From NCBI RefSeq assembly GCF_009914755.1, contig NC_060933.1: a stretch of 64,000 nucleotides of DNA. One strand, written 5' to 3'. Shown here piece by piece: positions 60,091-64,000 of the stretch. The notes under the pieces were generated by a model that was not told the origin of the DNA, did no database searches, and saw only the letters and a program-made list of their open reading frames with translations. Numbering within the stretch: the stretch's first letter is position 1; the number at the start of each line of letters is the position of its first letter. The DNA comes from the human T2T-CHM13v2.0 reference genome, Homo sapiens. The position numbers and the translations under genes are program-made.

Positions 60091-60773
60091 CTCTCACTCT
60101 CATGTTGGCTTTATGTATTTTCTTCATGGTGTTATAACTATATGATCTTGTCTATGTCTGTGTTTATTTATTTTCTGTCTCCTGTAGAATTTAAGCACCA
60201 AGAGACAACAAGGGCAGTACCCATCTTGTTGCATGCTGTATCCCTAGTGTCTATAACAGTGCCTGACAAAGAAGAGTTAACCAGGAAAGAGTGCACAAAT
60301 GAATGGCAACTTTTACCCCAGTCTTGTCCTGAATTTTCTGCATAGTTAGAATGTCTCTGAATGAAGGATGATGAGGTCTCCTTTTGGAGGTCACTTAAGC
60401 CAGGGATTCTCAAGGTCTTTGAGGCCACAATACATTCTGGTCAGTGAAAGATCATACATCTCTTTTATTCCTGGTACAGCAACACACACTCTGCCCTGGA
60501 GTCCCTCGGTCCTGCATGTGTGACCAGCTGGGTGGGTGTGCTGGCTGTGTGACCTCCCTGAGCCTTTATTCTTTATGTATGAAGTGGTAAAAACAGTCCC
60601 TTATCTTAGTGGTGCTTTTAAAAATTAAATGAGAAAACAAATATAAAACTACTTCTAAAATAATTTAAGTGGAATATAAGATGCTTTTAAATGGACTTAT
60701 TATTTTAAGAATAATTCAAGGAATAGCTTTGCATTTAGTAGAACTCATTTACTTTTGGATAGTATTAAGAATG

Positions 60774-61120
60774 TGATGTTGTTTGGCTGTGTCCCCACCC
60801 AAATCTCAACTTGAATTCCCACGTGTTGTGGGAGGGAGCCAGTGGGAGGTAACTGAATCATGGGGGCAGGTCTTTCCCATGGTGTTCTGGTGATAGTAAG
60901 TCTCACAAGATTTGATGGTTATGAGAAGGGGGAGTTTTCCTGCACAAGCCCTTTTTGCCTGCTGCCATCCATGTAAAATGTGACTTGTTTCTCCTTGCCT
61001 TCCACCATGATTGTGAGGCTTCCCCAGCCACATGGAATTGTAAGTCCATTATAAACTTCTTTTGTAAATTGCCCAGTCTCAAGTATGTCTTTATCAGCAG
61101 GGTGAAAATGACCTAATACA
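60774..61120 (+). mobile_element. THE1B-like solo LTR
   Basis: tgatgttgtttggctgtgtccccaccc...ctaataca; exact 5-bp TSD gaatg. Confidence 0.92.
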
Positions 61121-61388
61121 GAATGAATGAAAACAAAAAGATTTCCTTCCTTCTCTGCCTAAGAAAAAAGATGCACTTGTGTGTTTATCAAAAAAACAAA
61201 CAGCAGGTGACTGCAAGGGGACCCAGAAGAACTTTCTAGGTACTAGTAATGTTCTGTTTCTTAATCTGAGTGCTAATTACATAGGTGGGTTCCATTTGTG
61301 AAAATTCAAGCTATATACTTGCAGTCTTTTTGTTTTTCTGTATGTATATTTTACTTTAAGAGCTTTTCAAATATATGGCAAGCCTAGC

Positions 61389-62373
61389 TGATACAGTGGT
61401 AGAGGCAGGAGGCAGAAAAATTCTAGGCAGACAGGGTCAGGTCCATGGCAAAACCCCAACTTTGAGCTGAAAAGCCTGAAACCCACAGCCCAAAATGAGA
61501 ACTTCCATCCCTGTGCACCCTCTCTCTCCTGATTGGTTCTTTCTGAATAATGTCTTTTTACCAATCAAATGTTGCCTTTTCCAAAACTACCTACAGCCCA
61601 CCCCACCCCAATCCTGTGCCTATAAAGATCCCATATGCAGCTGGCAGAGAGAAGCAGCTGGACATCAGGTAGAGGCAACTTTGAGACAGTGGCTGGGTGA
61701 GGCAACCTGACTTCAGAAGAGAGAGGCAGAGAGATGGCTTGACTTCAGGGGAGAGAGACCTTCCCTTCCCATCCCCTTTCCAGCTCCCTTCTCTACTGAC
61801 AGCCACTTTCATCACTCAATAAAATTCTCCATATTCGACATCCTTCAATTCATCCTCATTCCTCTTGGGCACCAGACAAGAATTCAGGATGTACCAGGTA
61901 TGAGTACCCAAAAATGCTGTAATATTGGCCCTTCACCCTCACTGGCAGAAGGCAGCCACCCCATGCAACGAGGCAAAGGGTCCACTGAGCTGGTAACACA
62001 CTGCTGTCTGTGGACAGCAGAGCTGAGAGAGCACTGTAACACGCCCTCTGGGGCCTTGGGCTTGCAGGCACCCCACCTGAATGCTGCTGTGGGGCCCACA
62101 CAGAGTTTACTCCTGTCAACACTGAAGCAGCCAGTTCCTGCACTTGCTTGCTCTGGTTCCCACACTCACTTGCCTGCTTACTCCCTCTGGCAAGGAGCAG
62201 AGCCCAGTGGACCCAAGTGAACCAAGTTCACTCCTGCTAGAGCCAAAGTGGCCGGTTCCTGCGTTTGTTGGGTCACATGCTCCCTCCCGCAAGAAGTTGA
62301 ACAGGGCAGGCTGAGTAAATGATGCACCCCTGTCACGAGTCCCACAAAGGGGTCAAGAAAATATCTTGCATCA
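61389..62373 (+). mobile_element. 5' LTR of an ERV1 provirus (LTR27/LTR28-like, ~985 bp)
   Basis: TG..CA ends (tgataca...gcatca); ccaat, tataaa (61621) and aataaa (~61818); directly followed by a PBS. Confidence 0.85.
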
Positions 62374-62375
62374 TC

Positions 62376-62393
62376 TGGGGGCTCATCTGGGAT
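62376..62393 (+). other. Retroviral primer-binding site, tRNA-Pro
   Basis: tgggggctcatctgggat versus the canonical TGGGGGCTCGTCCGGGAT; both mismatches are CpG-decay transitions. Confidence 0.9.
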
Positions 62394-63827
62394 ATGTCAG
62401 AAGGGTGAGTAAATGCAGATCTGTCGGATCTGTCTCTTCTTGCCCTCAAACTTTCCTCTGAAGGCAAATGACCCACCAAACCTCTGAGTGGCCAGTTAAG
62501 GGCAAATGGTAGAGCTGCAGAGGACAGAACGTGACCCTACCACCTCTCTTTCTTTTGGGTGAAAGGAATGTTGGCTGTTTCCTTTCACAGAGGTCTAGCC
62601 ATCGCGTGAGACCAGGATAAGGTCCTGGGGCAACTGAAAGCATCTGGCTGAGGCCATGCCCCACTGTTGCCAGAAGACCCCTAGACTTGACCCTGTCCCC
62701 AACTGCCCGTTAGGGTGTCAGCCATGACCCCCAGACTTTTCTGTGCTATTTTTACTTCCTTCTTTCATGGCTCCTATCTCTTCTTTTATAATGTTAAGGG
62801 TGTTGCTGCAAATTGCAGAAACGTTTAGGTGGAATGAGCGTTTGGCCCAACCATCAGATATGCAATTCAGAACAATGTGATTTCCATCTGTTCTTAGAGG
62901 TTCCATCCCCACTCCCACCACAACAGCTGCAGGTACACAGTGGCTCCCCTCCCCGCTCCCAGCTGGGGTGCTTGGATGTGTCTGTAGCATGCATGTGCCA
63001 CGCCCAGTGGCCACACAGGGTGGGAGAGAACCATGGCTGTCACCCAGATCCCAGGGCAGTTTCAGGGGCCAAGCTGGCCAGCATTTCCCACTCACCATCC
63101 CCTCCCACCATGCACCCAGAGTCTTTCCTCCCCTGGCTGAGGGGTCCAGCTTGGTCCAAACCAGAGGAAGGATACAGTCATTAAAGGAACCTATCTGCAT
63201 AGAGCAAGAGGTTTTCTCCCACTTAAGCCATTTTTTTCCCTCTTTCCTTTTCTATGCAAGAGGGTTCTTTTCCCACCTCAGCACTCCGCTTATGATAGGG
63301 AAGCAGAGGAGGAGTGACCCCACTGGCTGATAACTGCAAATTTGGCAAGGCCCATCTGGGATTTAATCTAAATGAACCCATGCATCCCCTCAGACACCTT
63401 TTTGTTGCAAACTTAATTCCAAGCTTTGGGTTGAATCCCTAGAAAGGAAAGCCAGATCTGAGCAATCTAAAGCCAGGCAACAGGCACAGTATTAATGGGC
63501 AAGACTAATTCCTGGTGATTAAGCCCCCGCTTCATGGAAGGAGGCCATGCTCCATGGCATAGATGAGGCCCAGGGAACCCAAATGCTGCCGACAGTAGGG
63601 TGGATGGAGGTATAGGTGAGTGCAGATAAATCCTATTCTCTAGGCCCTCCCTGCTTTACGGGTGCAGGCCACACTGGCACCCATGGGCAGTGTCTGTCTA
63701 AGGTCACCAGGACTCAGGGATAAAAAGAAGAAAAAAGAAGGACACCCTTTTTTCTCTTTTTCACACCCTGGGTTTTCACTGAAAGAGGGAAGAGAAATGA
63801 GGGGATCCTACTTCCCTGTCTTTAAGA

Positions 63828-64000
63828 ATGGGCAACCAATCGTCTTCACCGTCCTCAGTCTATATACCTCTGGAGTGTATCCTGAATCACTGGGACTGCT
63901 TTGACCCTCAGACTCTGGAGGAAAAACACTTCATAGTCCTTTGCACAAAGGTTTGGCCAAATTATGATCTGCAGGAAGGACTGGCTTGGCCTCAGGAAGG
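63828..64000 (+). pseudogene. gag: ERV gag matrix N-terminus (open to the window edge)
   Basis: Hand translation MGNQSSSPSSVYIPLECILNHWDCFDPQTLEEKHFIVLCTKVWPNYDLQEGLAWPQE shows the Gly2 myristoylation position and gammaretroviral MA motifs (PLxCIL..W, C...WP.Y, WP.EG). Confidence 0.85.

Larger units (their letters stand above)
62374..64000 (+). mobile_element. ERV1 internal region (HUERS-P/MER52-int-like leader), continuing past the window end
   Basis: Follows the LTR and PBS; major splice-donor-like agg|gtgagt near 62405; gag starts at 63828. Confidence 0.82.

Noticed and set aside
62446-63904. ORFs of 72-160 aa in the last 1.5 kb
   Set aside because: They lie in the ERV leader and lack retroviral motifs; the real gag frame starts at 63828.

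Overview
Human-type genomic DNA: it carries a consensus-perfect AluYa5, an L1PA3-like insertion and primate ERV LTRs. The window is transposon-rich intergenic or large-intron sequence, and I recognise no host protein-coding gene. Positions 1-11 kb are stacked LINE-1 relics. An old L1MA2/3-like element holds a 5'-inverted (twin-primed) L1PA3-like insertion, and a young AluYa5 has landed at the same endonuclease nick. The rest contains about 18 further Alus, MIR/L2, hAT and Tigger DNA-transposon relics, and a run of solo LTRs with visible target-site duplications (TSDs). From 61.4 kb there is the 5' end of a tRNA-Pro-primed ERV1 provirus (LTR, PBS, leader, start of gag) running off the window. 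The only protein-family ORFs are L1 ORF2 and gag fragments. I found no convincing evidence of a new biological system. The best leads are the reused insertion site, the duplicated inversion junction, a possible microexon chain, a GAS-bearing MER41B-like LTR and a CTCF-like site. Subfamily names are recalled from consensus sequences and need RepeatMasker/Dfam confirmation; boundaries of old repeats are approximate.
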